Assembly (NCBI GenBank): GCA_018653605.1
Contig: JABHYY010000021.1
Location: 4,329-68,328 of the forward strand
From: an archaeon
GTDB taxonomy: Archaea; Nanobdellota; Nanobdellia; SCGC-AAA011-G17; GW2011-AR17
DNA length: 64,000 nucleotides
Direction: 5' to 3'
Shown here: positions 17,028 to 27,258 of the stretch, one piece after another
How positions within the stretch are numbered: the first letter of the stretch is position 1
Layout: each line of letters begins with the position of its first letter
Notes under the pieces: model-generated
The model's input: the letters and a program-made list of their open reading frames with translations, nothing else
The model's database searches: none
Told to the model about the DNA's origin: nothing
Program-made: the position numbers and the translations under genes

Positions 17028-17928
17028 CTCGCATAAAATCCTTTAGTATATCTAAAATTGATGCAACTGTTGACATTACTGCAAACTCTTTATGTGTGTA
17101 ATCAGAGGATTCTATTTTTCTTTCTAATTTGTATCTCTCTTTGATAATGTCTTCTTCTATTTTTCCTTTTTCTAAAGAAACAATTAATTTTTTTAAAAAA
17201 TCAAAAAATGGAACAATATCTTTTTTTGCTTTCCTGGTGATCCCTTTTTTTTCAATAACATCTGCTACATGAACAATCTTATCAACCATTCTATCTATTG
17301 CCATGTAAAAAGAAAATAATTGTAATTTCTTTTCATCACTTATTTCACTATTATTCAAAACTCTAAGATAATATGCAATAAATTTTGCAATATTATCATG
17401 CTGATCTATCATTGGACTTAAAATTTTCTTTTCTTTTTCATCTAAACAAGAAATAATTTCATCCATCATGTCATTCATTAAAACAAAAATTCTTCTTTCT
17501 ATTTTTTTTAGATTTTGATCTTTTTCATTTAGGAAACATTTGATCTCACAAGAATTTGATGTTTGTGAAATTATTTCCATTCCAATAAACCTGTGTGTTA
17601 ATTCTTTAATTCTTTTTCTTCTACTCTCCATTTTTTTATATCTATGATTATATTCTATGTCTGTATTATAATGTAATTTGATTTTTGTATAATTATTAAT
17701 ATAGAGTAATTCTATGTATCTAACAATCATCTTTCTGTCAAAAGAACTAATATCAAGAGAAATTTCTTTCTTTTTTTGACTGGTTTTATCTAATGAAAAG
17801 GTAATATCTTTGCTACTTGTTACTAAATTCAATTCATCTCCTTTCTTAATATTATTTGTTCTTACCCATCTTGCTGGTAAAGATACCATTAATGTTGTTG
17901 GACCTATTTTTGATACTTTTCTTTTCAT
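16996..17928 (-). CDS. AbrB/SpoVT-PhoU family regulator
   Basis: N-terminal RKVSKIGPTTLMVSLPARWV AbrB fold followed by PhoU-like helical repeats. Confidence 0.85.
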   Translation of the reverse strand: MKRKVSKIGPTTLMVSLPARWVRTNNIKKGDELNLVTSSKDITFSLDKTSQKKKEISLDISSFDRKMIVRYIELLYINNYTKIKLHYNTDIEYNHRYKKMESRRKRIKELTHRFIGMEIISQTSNSCEIKCFLNEKDQNLKKIERRIFVLMNDMMDEIISCLDEKEKKILSPMIDQHDNIAKFIAYYLRVLNNSEISDEKKLQLFSFYMAIDRMVDKIVHVADVIEKKGITRKAKKDIVPFFDFLKKLIVSLEKGKIEEDIIKERYKLERKIESSDYTHKEFAVMSTVASILDILKDFMRVILIENFEQS

Positions 17929-18061
17929 GTATTTCTAGTGGAAGAGGTTATATTTAAATTTTTGGGTTAATTATAATATTATAATAGATTATTATAATAT
18001 AATGATAATATTTATATATCAATTTTTGTATTTTGTATATTGGGAGGAGGAGGAAATAAAA

Positions 18062-19591
18062 ATGGTTGAAAAAAGAACAATCGAGGAAAAGGAACAAAAA
18101 TTAATAGGAATGATTGAACAAGCCTATGTTGAAGAAAGAGGAGATAGATTAAGACAAATACAGAGCTTTTTAGCTAAGTTTTATAGAAAAAGGCCAGGCG
18201 ATTTGTTTGATTTTATGGAGCATGAGAATGCAAAATTTGCAGGATTGGCGACAACTGTACACTATACAATTAATGGAGATATTGAAGTTTTGCAGAGTGT
18301 TGGGTATGGAGGCCTAGGAGCAGTTATCACAGAAAGTGAAGAAGGTTTGAAGTTTAGAAGAAAACAATTACATTTTGCTAAATTGAGTGGAGATGCCCTT
18401 AGTTTATCTGAAAATTCAGGAGAAGCATTAAAATATTCTGAAAATTCTGGACATGCATTGTGGAAATCTAAAAACTTTAGAAAAGCATTACAACGTTCTA
18501 AAAATTCAGAGTCTGCATTGGATGATTCTGAAAATTCTGGAGAAGCATTGCAGAATTCTGAAAATCATGATGCATTAAGTAATTCTAAAAATTCTGGAGA
18601 TGCATTGCAGGAGTCAAGAAATTCTGGAGAAGCATTGCAAGAGTCAAGAAATTCTGAATATGCATTAAATAGTTCTAAAAATTTAGAGTATGCACTTAAG
18701 TTTTCTGAAAATGAAGGAGATTCATTAGAATGGAGTAAAAATTCAGAGAGAGCATTATTTGGAGCTAAAAACTCAGAAGAAGCATTACAATATTCTAGTA
18801 ATTCAGGAAGATCATTAGAAAGATCTAAAAATTCTGGAAAAGCATTGAAAGAATCTAATAATTCTGGAGAAACAATGCATAGATCTGTAAATTTTGAATT
18901 TGCTTTAGAACATTCTGTAAATTCAGATTATGCCTTAAGGAAATCTCTAAATAATATGCAAACATTAGAGAGATCTGAAAACTCAGGTAATTCATTAGAA
19001 AATTCCCAAAATGAAAATTATGCATTAAAAAACTCAGAGAATAGTGATGAAGCATTAAGATTTTCCAAAAACTCTGGAAAAGCATTGAGACAGTCTAGAA
19101 ATAGTAATAGAGCATTAGAAAGAAGTGTTAATTCAGGACAGACTTTAGAAGAATCAGTAAACACAGGACAAACATTAAAAGACTCTTATAACTCAGAAGA
19201 AGCTTTAAGGTTTTCTCAAAACTCTGGAGAAGCATTAGAATATTCTGTTAACTCAGATAATGTATTGAAAAGAACAAAGAACTCTAAACAGGCATTGCAA
19301 AGATCAGTTAATACAGGATCAACTTTAGATTATAGTGAAAACTCAGAAGAAGCTATTGCTTATTCTCAAAATTCAGGAGAGAGTTTAAAGTATTCAAAGA
19401 ATAGAGATGAAGCTGTTAGTAGATCAGTTAACACAGAAGAGGCTTTACATTATTCTAGGAATGAAGGAAGAGCTTTGCATACTTCTGAGAATAGTGGAAA
19501 TGTTTTGAGAGGATCTAAAAATATAGACTCTGCATTGCAAGATGCAATCAATGATGAAGAAGTTGGAAAAAATGCAGCATTAGCTGCATAA
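18062..19591 (+). CDS. decapeptide-repeat protein
   Basis: GGAGG SD before ATG 18062; N-terminal domain of about 115 aa, then tandem SxNSxxALxx repeats. Confidence 0.85.
   Translation: MVEKRTIEEKEQKLIGMIEQAYVEERGDRLRQIQSFLAKFYRKRPGDLFDFMEHENAKFAGLATTVHYTINGDIEVLQSVGYGGLGAVITESEEGLKFRRKQLHFAKLSGDALSLSENSGEALKYSENSGHALWKSKNFRKALQRSKNSESALDDSENSGEALQNSENHDALSNSKNSGDALQESRNSGEALQESRNSEYALNSSKNLEYALKFSENEGDSLEWSKNSERALFGAKNSEEALQYSSNSGRSLERSKNSGKALKESNNSGETMHRSVNFEFALEHSVNSDYALRKSLNNMQTLERSENSGNSLENSQNENYALKNSENSDEALRFSKNSGKALRQSRNSNRALERSVNSGQTLEESVNTGQTLKDSYNSEEALRFSQNSGEALEYSVNSDNVLKRTKNSKQALQRSVNTGSTLDYSENSEEAIAYSQNSGESLKYSKNRDEAVSRSVNTEEALHYSRNEGRALHTSENSGNVLRGSKNIDSALQDAINDEEVGKNAALAA
18407..19543 (+). 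repeat. about 38 x 10-aa coding repeat (SxNSxxALxx)
   Basis: Period of 30 nt with conserved S, N and L; one unit is 9 aa. Confidence 0.92.
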
Positions 19592-19614
19592 CTTTTCACC
19601 TTTAGAAGGAAAAA

Positions 19615-20061
19615 TTAATTTTTTATTTTTTTAATTAGAATTGAGGTTAATGCACCTATAGCAACACTTGTAAAATTGTAATTTATTAATAATAGTAAGA
19701 AAGGCAGTGCAAACAATACTATGTTTTTCTTTAACTCTGGTTTCAGTGTTCCTCTAGGCAAGCCATATATGAAGATTAGTACTGCTGTTAAAGGATTTAA
19801 TGTTGTTAGTGCAATTCCAAAGTATAAGTAATTGTAAGATAATAACCAACCCAAACCCAATCCTGCAATTATTAGTAGGTAAAAGTAAATGTCATTTGTG
19901 TAATTGAAATGGAATATTGAAATTATTATTATTGCTAAGATTATTTTTTCTAAAATTTTGAAGTAAGGTTTTCCTGGCTTTATCTCTTCTTTGCAGGTTT
20001 TTTTTAAGAGTATTCCTGCTGCTAAACCTAAGAATGCTACTATTGGGATTAAATATTGCAT
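19615..20061 (-). CDS. small polytopic membrane protein
   Basis: About 5 hydrophobic segments. Confidence 0.7.
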   Translation of the reverse strand: MQYLIPIVAFLGLAAGILLKKTCKEEIKPGKPYFKILEKIILAIIIISIFHFNYTNDIYFYLLIIAGLGLGWLLSYNYLYFGIALTTLNPLTAVLIFIYGLPRGTLKPELKKNIVLFALPFLLLLINYNFTSVAIGALTSILIKKIKN

Positions 20062-20110
20062 ACTATTTCTTAGGGGAAGTTATTTAAATATATTTTCTAT
20101 TTGTTTTGGT

Positions 20111-20659
20111 ATGTTAAGTTTAACTGAGATTTTGAGTTTGGCTGTAATGACTGTTGCATTAGGTTATATTTTCTCTGGATTTATTAAAAAGCCTCGTGGT
20201 CCTTTTGAGATTGAGAAGAGGTTTTCACTTGATGATCTTTGGTTTGCTGCTATTGTTTCTGCACCTGCAGTAATATTGCATGAGTTTGGGCACAAGTTTG
20301 TTGCAATGGCTATGGGTTACACTGCAACCTTTCATGTTTATTGGTTTGGTTTAGGTCTGGGTGTGGTGTTGAAGTTGATCAGTTCACCTTTTTTGATCTT
20401 AGCTCCTGCTTTTGTTTCAATTCCTGCTGGGGTTAGTGCTTTTGAAGGATTTTTTATTGCTTTTGCTGGACCTTTAGTTAATTTGTTATTGTTTTTTGCT
20501 AGTTGGTATGTTTTGAAGTATCACAAAGTGAGTCATAAGGTTGCTGTAGGTTTGGCAATTTCAAAAAAATTGAACTTGTTTTTGTTTATCTTTAACATGA
20601 TTCCATTCCCACCTTTAGATGGTTATCATGTGTTTACTAATTTGTTGGGGATGTTTTAG
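20111..20659 (+). CDS. M50 (site-2) intramembrane metalloprotease
   Basis: HEFGH, AGPLVN and NMIPFPPLDG motifs. Confidence 0.92.
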   Translation: MLSLTEILSLAVMTVALGYIFSGFIKKPRGPFEIEKRFSLDDLWFAAIVSAPAVILHEFGHKFVAMAMGYTATFHVYWFGLGLGVVLKLISSPFLILAPAFVSIPAGVSAFEGFFIAFAGPLVNLLLFFASWYVLKYHKVSHKVAVGLAISKKLNLFLFIFNMIPFPPLDGYHVFTNLLGMF

Positions 20660-21172
20660 ATGAAATTAATAATATGTGCTGGGTTGCCTGGATCTGGAAA
20701 AAGTTATCTTGCTAGGAGGTTGGTTAAGAGGTTAAGAAAATGTTTGTATTTTGATTCTGATTTGTTTGCAAAGAATTATATGAAAGGTAAGGACTGGAGT
20801 GATCCTAAAGCAAGATTAGGTTGTCATAGTGCTAAGTTGGAACAAATTTTGAGAGAGTTTAGGAAGCACGATTATGTTATATTAGATACTTGTTTTGATA
20901 TGCCTAAATCAAGGTCAATGATTTACAAGTTTTGTAGAGATAATGATATTGAGATTGTTATCATTGAAGTGTTTTGTTCTTTGGAAACTGCTAAAGCTAG
21001 GATTTTGAAAGGTGGTGATGAACATAGAATGCCTGGAACAATTAGATCTCGTTGGAAAGCTCATCTTCAAATGCGAAAAAATTGGAGAAAGATTGCAAGA
21101 GTTGCTTTGAGAGTTGATTCTGAGAAGGATATTGAAAAATCTATTTCTTCTTCCCTCGAATTAATCGAGTAA
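20660..21172 (+). CDS. P-loop kinase (AAA_33/gluconate-kinase-like)
   Basis: GLPGSGKS Walker A, VILD Walker B, and a lid Arg region. Confidence 0.85.
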   Translation: MKLIICAGLPGSGKSYLARRLVKRLRKCLYFDSDLFAKNYMKGKDWSDPKARLGCHSAKLEQILREFRKHDYVILDTCFDMPKSRSMIYKFCRDNDIEIVIIEVFCSLETAKARILKGGDEHRMPGTIRSRWKAHLQMRKNWRKIARVALRVDSEKDIEKSISSSLELIE

Positions 21173-22010
21173 CTTTTTTTAGAAATTTTTTCTTAGGTGC
21201 TTTTTTTACTTTTTTCTTAACTGTTTTCTTTTTGACAACTTTCTTTTTTACTGCTTTTCGCTTAACTTTCTTTTTTACTGTTTTCTTAGCTGTCTTTTTC
21301 TTAACTTTTCTCTTCACTACTTTCTTTTTTACTTTCTTTTTTACTGTTTTCTTCTTAACTACTTTTTTCTTAACAGCTTTCTTTTTTACAACTTTAACTT
21401 CTTTTACAGGCTCTTCTTTTACAACTTTCTTTTTTACAACTTTTTTCTTTTTAACTTCTCTTCTTTTTCTTAGAACATTCTTTAGTGCACCTTCAAGTTG
21501 TAATGGTTCACTCAACTCAACCTCAATCTCTTTAATCATTTTTTGAATATTCTCAACAGTTCTAGCATTATTCTGATCTTTTAACAAAGTCCCACACTCT
21601 TGACATTTGAAATCAACTTCCATTGCTTGGTCCATCTTTAATCGCATACATCCAACAGGGCAAACAAAAAAACCACCTACTTCTTCTCTTTTCAATCTAA
21701 TTTTTAAATCTATTAATTGTTTTCTTTTGTACTCTTTTAACAATCCAAAAGTGTTTTTCTTATTTAGAGTCCAGTAGTATATATACCAACCTTTTCTTTT
21801 ATCTTTCTTCCTCATAAAATCAACTAAGTTGTATTCTTGTAATCTGTACAACATACTACGCACTTGATTCACAGTAACATTAAGTTGTTCAGCTATTTTA
21901 AATTCAGAAATGTTAGCTTTACCTTTAAGTAAGATATTAAGCAATGGGGGCAAATCTTCACCAACAAGGTCAACGATTGTCTCCTCTATAATTTGATTAT
22001 TAATCTTCAT
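21141..22010 (-). CDS. tfe: transcription factor E alpha with Lys-rich C-terminal tail
   Basis: wHTH (SEFKIAEQL..VRSMLY..GWYIYYW), zinc ribbon CPVGC..CQECG, then a tail of about 105 aa of KKV repeats. Confidence 0.92.
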   Translation of the reverse strand: MKINNQIIEETIVDLVGEDLPPLLNILLKGKANISEFKIAEQLNVTVNQVRSMLYRLQEYNLVDFMRKKDKRKGWYIYYWTLNKKNTFGLLKEYKRKQLIDLKIRLKREEVGGFFVCPVGCMRLKMDQAMEVDFKCQECGTLLKDQNNARTVENIQKMIKEIEVELSEPLQLEGALKNVLRKRREVKKKKVVKKKVVKEEPVKEVKVVKKKAVKKKVVKKKTVKKKVKKKVVKRKVKKKTAKKTVKKKVKRKAVKKKVVKKKTVKKKVKKAPKKKFLKKVTRLIRGKKK

Positions 22011-22140
22011 AGTGTTACAGTAAGCTTTACTTAGGAATTAACCCCTATATAAAGGTTTTGTTCGAGAATATTTAATGGAAAAGTTTTTAAATAAGCAAGC
22101 CCATTAAAATTAAAAAGTATAATCTTGGAGGTGTACTATA

Positions 22141-22545
22141 ATGGGACTATTCGGTTCTAAGAAAAAAGAAGGTAATCTACCACCACTCGAGTTTCCTGAA
22201 TTACCAAAATCAATTCCTACTTTTGAGGGTCAAAAACAAGAAATGCCTGCAGAGGCTGCTGAAATTAAACAAGCTGTTTCTCAACAACCAGTAATGGATG
22301 CTGCACCACAGATGCCAACAACTAGTGCTGGCCCTGAACAACCTTTATTTGTTAAGATAGACAAGTATAGAGATGTTATGAATAATCTGGGGAAATTAAA
22401 GAAAAGGCTTAGTGATGCTGAAGGTGTGCTTGCAAAAATGAATAAGTTAAAGGAAGAAGAAGACAGAGAACTTGAAGCATGGCATGGTGATCTTGAAAAA
22501 ATAAGAACTCAACTGTTAAGTATTGATCGAAACCTATTTGAATAA
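22141..22545 (+). CDS. hypothetical protein, Pro-rich N-terminus and coiled-coil C-terminus
   Basis: GGAGG SD; PLFVKIDKY followed by heptad repeats. Confidence 0.75.
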   Translation: MGLFGSKKKEGNLPPLEFPELPKSIPTFEGQKQEMPAEAAEIKQAVSQQPVMDAAPQMPTTSAGPEQPLFVKIDKYRDVMNNLGKLKKRLSDAEGVLAKMNKLKEEEDRELEAWHGDLEKIRTQLLSIDRNLFE

Positions 22546-22547
22546 AA

Positions 22548-22940
22548 ATGGCTACAAAAAAAAGAAGTGAAAGTGTTGTACATGTGAGGATAGACAATCC
22601 TATTAGTAAAAGGAAAGAATTGCTTTCTTCTACCATTACTGTTGTTGAACTTCTTAAGAGATATGAAAGGATTAAAGAGATCCAAAAAGAAAAAGTTAAG
22701 ACTTTTGCCTTGTTTAAAACAAAGATGAGAAGTTTGAGTAGGTTAAGTAAATTAGTCGGGTTAAAAGATATGCCTATGCAAATGAGAGAAGTCAAGAAAG
22801 TAAAATCTGTGAAAGGCAAAAAAGTGTTCAAAGCTGTTAAGAAAGTCAAAGTAAAAAAGGTTAAGAAAAAAGAATTAACTGGTAATGAGAAACTTGAAGT
22901 ACAGTTAGATGAGCTTCGTAGAAAGCTTGGCAGTTTGTAA
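22548..22940 (+). CDS. hypothetical basic protein
   Basis: Starts 2 nt after the upstream stop. Confidence 0.7.
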   Translation: MATKKRSESVVHVRIDNPISKRKELLSSTITVVELLKRYERIKEIQKEKVKTFALFKTKMRSLSRLSKLVGLKDMPMQMREVKKVKSVKGKKVFKAVKKVKVKKVKKKELTGNEKLEVQLDELRRKLGSL

Positions 22941-22974
22941 AAGTTTATAAATTCTTATTCTTTTTATTTTTAAT

Positions 22975-25422
22975 ATGTTACCTGATAAGGTTATCAAAGA
23001 AAAGTACAAACCTACTTTTTGGAAGAACCCTGAAAAGTATTATGCGGTTGAAACTCTAAAGCAAGAAGGGTTTAAAAGATTCAAATGTTCTAAGTGTGGA
23101 AAGCCTTTTTGGAGTGTTAAAGATAGAGATGTTTGTGGTGATCCTGCTTGTTCTGGTGAACAGTATAGTTTTATTGGAAAGAAAGGAAAAAATCTAAGTT
23201 ATACTGATGTTTGGTTAAAGTATAAAAAGATGTTTGAGAAGTTTGGGTACACTGCAATTAAAAGATATCCTGTTGTTTCTCGTTGGAATCCAACAATGGA
23301 ATACACTAATGCTTCTATTGCTGCTTTTCAACCTTACATTGTTTCTGGTGAAGTTGAACCACCTGCGAATCCTTTAGTAATTCCACAGTTATGTTTGAGA
23401 TTTTCTGACACTGATAATGTTGGAGTTACAATGAGTCACTTAGATTTATTTTCAATGATTGGGCAGCATCAGTTTGTGCAAGAAAAAGATTGGGATCAGA
23501 ACAAAGCTTTCCAACACATGTTAGAGTGGAACAAGAAAGGTTTAGGACTTGATAACAAAGAGGTTACTTTTCATGAAGATGCTTGGGCTGGTGGAGGTAA
23601 TGTTGGGTGTTGTATGGAAATGTTTTCTGGTGGTGCTGAAATTTGGAACCAAGTTTACATGTTGTATGAGCAAACCCCTAATGGTGTACAAAGTTTGAAC
23701 AAAAAAGTTTTAGATATGGGGATGGGTCATGAGAGGTGTAGCTGGTTTTCGCAAGGTGCTAATACAATATATGATGCAACTTTCCCTGATGTTTTAAACA
23801 GGATATTGAAAAAAACAGGTTTTAAAGTTGATAAAAAATTATTAAAAAAGTTTGCACCTTATGGTGGATTGTTGAATAATGATGAAGTTGAAGATATGGA
23901 TAAGGCTTGGAAGTCTGTTGCTAGAAAGATTGGTGTTCCTGTTAAAGAGTTGAAAGAAAAGATTTTGCCACTTTCTGGAATTTATTCTGTTGCTGAACAC
24001 ACTCGAGCTCTTTTGGTTGCAATTGGTGATGGTGGTTTGCCATCTAATGTTGGTGGAGGTTATAATCTTCGAATGTTAACAAGGAGATGTTTTGGTTTTA
24101 TTGAAAAGAATGATTGGAATATTTATTTGCCTGAAGTTTGTGAGTGGCATGCTCAAGAATTAAAAAAATTGTTTCCTGAATTGAAAGAAAATCTAGAAAC
24201 TGTTAAAAAAATACTTGATGTAGAGAAAACTAAGTACTTGAACACACAAAAGAGGGCCAAGAGCGTAGTTTCTAAACTTGGGAAGGTTTCTGAGTCAGAG
24301 TTATTAAAGTTGTACGATTCGCAAGGGATTTCGCCTGAGATGGCTGGTGTTAAGGTGCCTGAGAATTTTTATACAAAGATTGCAGAGTTGCATGAGCAAA
24401 GAGAGTTTAAAGGCATGAGTTGTAAACAACAAGTTCCTATGCCTGAGTTACCTGAGACTGAAGCTTTGTATTTTGATGATTACCTTAAGTTAGATTTTAC
24501 TGCTAGGGTTTTATTTTCTAAAGGTGGTTTTGTTGTTTTAGATAAAACTGCATTTTATCCAACATCTGGTGGACAGTTGCATGATATTGGTGAGTTGAAT
24601 GGAAAAAAAGTTGTTGATGTGTTTAAACAGTGTGGGATTATTGTTCACAAAGTTAAAGGTTTGAAAACTGGTGACAAAGTTAAAGGTAAAATTGATAAGA
24701 AAAGAAGAAAACAGTTAGCTCTTCATCATACTGCGACACACATTATTAACTTGGCTGCACGAAGAGTGCTTGGTAAACATATAAATCAAGCTGGTGCTTT
24801 CAAAGATGTTGACAAAGCTAGGTTGGATATTACTCATTATGATTCACTTTCTGAAAAAGAGGTTGAGTTGATTGAGAAAGAGGCTAACAAAATTGTTAAA
24901 CAGAGGTTAGATGTTGTTAGTAAGTTTATGATTAGAGATAAAGCTGAGAAAAAGTATGGGATGGGTTTGTATCAAGGTGGTGCTGTTCCTGGTAAGGAGA
25001 TTAGGATTATTGACATTGCTGGTATTGATGTTGAAGCTTGTGGTGGAACTCATCTTAGGAATACTGCTGAGGTTAAAGAGATTAAGATTATTAAGACTGT
25101 TAAAGTTCAGGATGGAGTTATTCGTTTAGTGTTTGTTGCTGGTGATGCTGCTAAGCAAGTTGAAGAAGAGGCTGGTTCTGTTCTTGTTTCTTTAGCTAAA
25201 GAGTTGGACTGTAAAGTTTATGAAGTGCCTGGTCGTGCTCAAGAATTGTTTGTACTTTGGAAGAAAGTTGTTAAGAAGAAAAAGAAGGATCTTTTGGTGC
25301 AGCTTGAATCTAAGGAGAAGTTTGACGGCGATGTTTTGTTGGAGACTTGTCGTGTTTTAAAAACGCAGCCTGAGCATGTGTTGAATACTGTTCGAAGGTT
25401 CAAGAAAGAGTTAGGCCTCTAA
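22975..25422 (+). CDS. alaS: alanine--tRNA ligase, archaeal type
   Basis: RYPVVSRW, ASIAAFQP, DMGMGHER; editing-domain HTATH and EACGGTH motifs. Confidence 0.97.
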   Translation: MLPDKVIKEKYKPTFWKNPEKYYAVETLKQEGFKRFKCSKCGKPFWSVKDRDVCGDPACSGEQYSFIGKKGKNLSYTDVWLKYKKMFEKFGYTAIKRYPVVSRWNPTMEYTNASIAAFQPYIVSGEVEPPANPLVIPQLCLRFSDTDNVGVTMSHLDLFSMIGQHQFVQEKDWDQNKAFQHMLEWNKKGLGLDNKEVTFHEDAWAGGGNVGCCMEMFSGGAEIWNQVYMLYEQTPNGVQSLNKKVLDMGMGHERCSWFSQGANTIYDATFPDVLNRILKKTGFKVDKKLLKKFAPYGGLLNNDEVEDMDKAWKSVARKIGVPVKELKEKILPLSGIYSVAEHTRALLVAIGDGGLPSNVGGGYNLRMLTRRCFGFIEKNDWNIYLPEVCEWHAQELKKLFPELKENLETVKKILDVEKTKYLNTQKRAKSVVSKLGKVSESELLKLYDSQGISPEMAGVKVPENFYTKIAELHEQREFKGMSCKQQVPMPELPETEALYFDDYLKLDFTARVLFSKGGFVVLDKTAFYPTSGGQLHDIGELNGKKVVDVFKQCGIIVHKVKGLKTGDKVKGKIDKKRRKQLALHHTATHIINLAARRVLGKHINQAGAFKDVDKARLDITHYDSLSEKEVELIEKEANKIVKQRLDVVSKFMIRDKAEKKYGMGLYQGGAVPGKEIRIIDIAGIDVEACGGTHLRNTAEVKEIKIIKTVKVQDGVIRLVFVAGDAAKQVEEEAGSVLVSLAKELDCKVYEVPGRAQELFVLWKKVVKKKKKDLLVQLESKEKFDGDVLLETCRVLKTQPEHVLNTVRRFKKELGL

Positions 25423-25938
25423 TGATTGTTGAGTTATTGCTTGTGTTGTGTATTTTTTGAACAAAGAGACCACATAATCTATTGTTTGTTCTGCTGTTTG
25501 GAGATGTCTTTGTGCAGCTTCTGCTGCACCATTACTAAAGAGCAATGAGGATAAAAGTTCTTCTCGATTAGGTTGATCAAGCACTATACTCTTTACCTCT
25601 AGAGTGTTTTCATCATAAATATAGATAAAAACATCACTTCTACCAGTTTTGTCAAGATATAAAGAATGGTAACCACGATAAGTTCCATCAACCTCATCAA
25701 CAATATAGAAAAGATAAATTTCTGCATCACCTTTTCCAATTCCAAGACTACTTACATATACAGGATCATAATTTGCTATTTGTTCTACATCCATACTTCC
25801 TTCAAATGCTTTTCTTTCTTCTGGATTCCAAGGCATTGTTTGTTCTGGTTTTTGACCAGTTTCATCAAATCTTAGTTCATCCAAAGAAGAGATTACTCCT
25901 GCTGAAAGCATTTTTCTCTTGAAAAGGTCTTCTATCAT
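25411..25938 (-). CDS. hypothetical protein
   Basis: 175-aa ORF. Confidence 0.6.
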   Translation of the reverse strand: MIEDLFKRKMLSAGVISSLDELRFDETGQKPEQTMPWNPEERKAFEGSMDVEQIANYDPVYVSSLGIGKGDAEIYLFYIVDEVDGTYRGYHSLYLDKTGRSDVFIYIYDENTLEVKSIVLDQPNREELLSSLLFSNGAAEAAQRHLQTAEQTIDYVVSLFKKYTTQAITQQSLEA

Positions 25939-26021
25939 ATGTTTTGTGTGAAAAGTTAGGATTTATAAGTTTTGTTAAGTGAATAAATTTATAAGTTTAG
26001 ATATGTTTAACTTTAGGAACT

Positions 26022-27248
26022 ATGGCATTTGGTTGGTTTAAGAAAAGAAAAAAAGAGAAATTTTTAGAGAATTCTAAAGCACAATCTGCAGAGATTGAAG
26101 CAAAGCTAAAAAATTTGAAAGAAAGGATTAATGCTTTAAAAATACAAGTTCAGGATATTAAAGATGAACAAATTGCAAAATTTATTTCTAATAATGATCT
26201 CAGAGAAGAATTAGATGCTTATTCAAATGCAATTACACAAAGTAAAGAGTTAACAACAGAAGATAAAGATAGATTATTAGATCTTTCATTTAGTTTAAGA
26301 GATTCATTAGCTAATTTTAAGTATCTCCTTAAACAAGAACAATATAGAAGAGAAGAAAAAGTTAGAGATGAAGGTACTCAAGTTCTAACTTGGGTAGAAC
26401 AAGAACTTAAAAAAATTCCTTATACTGAACCATTCAGAAATATTAGTGTAGTAGGAAAATCAATAAAAGAAATTAAAGAAGTTTTATCATCTCTTAAAAA
26501 AGATTTATCAAAAATAGAAGAGATCAGAAAAAAATCTAAACTTGAAACTCTAAAGCATAATAGAGAGAGGATTTTAAATAAAATAGAATCTGCTAAAAAA
26601 AGGATTAGTGAACTCATTACAAAAGTTGAGAATGGTTTAAATGAAAAAGAGGATTTTAAAAAAGCTATTTTTAAAAGAGATCATGAAACAGTTAGGAAAT
26701 TGGGTGCTAATCAAGGGAATGTTAAATTAGAAAGAAATCCTCCTAAAGTACTAATACATGGTGTCCATACCATCAGGCCAGGTTATAATGGCTCTTGGGA
26801 CTCAGGCAGAGAAGTATATTCAGTTAGAGATTATGTTGATATAATTGAGGATATACTTAAAAGGGGATTAAAAGCCTCAACAAGACATCATGGTCCATCA
26901 AATCCAGATAGACCAGGATTATATTTTTTTGATTATAATACTAAAGAAACAGGATATGGAGGAGTTAAAATTGTTCTAAATACAGAAGAAATAGAACATC
27001 CTATTTTTGATGGAGGTTCTGATGCTATGGCTAGTTCAAATACACAACATATTATTTTTGATCCTTGCTTGAAAGCAAATTTTAGAATAGAACTAAGGTT
27101 TAATGAGTCAAGAAATGAAAGAGAATATATGGGACATAGTGAAAGCAAAGTTGCAAAATTCTATTTAGAAGTTAAAGCTGAATTAGATAGAAGAGGTATT
27201 CCTTATACACTTCATGATTCTTTTCACCAGTTTGAAAATGCAGCTTGA
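26022..27248 (+). CDS. coiled-coil protein with putative C-terminal ADP-ribosyltransferase-like domain
   Basis: LIHG...ILKRGLKAS...PGLYF...GYG resembles the H-Y-Y signature of PARP/DT-type ARTs. CDS is secure, domain is tentative. Confidence 0.55.
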   Translation: MAFGWFKKRKKEKFLENSKAQSAEIEAKLKNLKERINALKIQVQDIKDEQIAKFISNNDLREELDAYSNAITQSKELTTEDKDRLLDLSFSLRDSLANFKYLLKQEQYRREEKVRDEGTQVLTWVEQELKKIPYTEPFRNISVVGKSIKEIKEVLSSLKKDLSKIEEIRKKSKLETLKHNRERILNKIESAKKRISELITKVENGLNEKEDFKKAIFKRDHETVRKLGANQGNVKLERNPPKVLIHGVHTIRPGYNGSWDSGREVYSVRDYVDIIEDILKRGLKASTRHHGPSNPDRPGLYFFDYNTKETGYGGVKIVLNTEEIEHPIFDGGSDAMASSNTQHIIFDPCLKANFRIELRFNESRNEREYMGHSESKVAKFYLEVKAELDRRGIPYTLHDSFHQFENAA

Positions 27249-27258
27249 GTATATAAAC

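Noticed and set aside
17971-17999. Three TTATAATA copies between the AbrB-PhoU and repeat genes
   Set aside because: Could be an operator but cannot be distinguished from AT-rich background.
21232-21546. Phe/Thr-rich plus-strand ORF
   Set aside because: Antisense shadow of the TFE Lys/Val tail.
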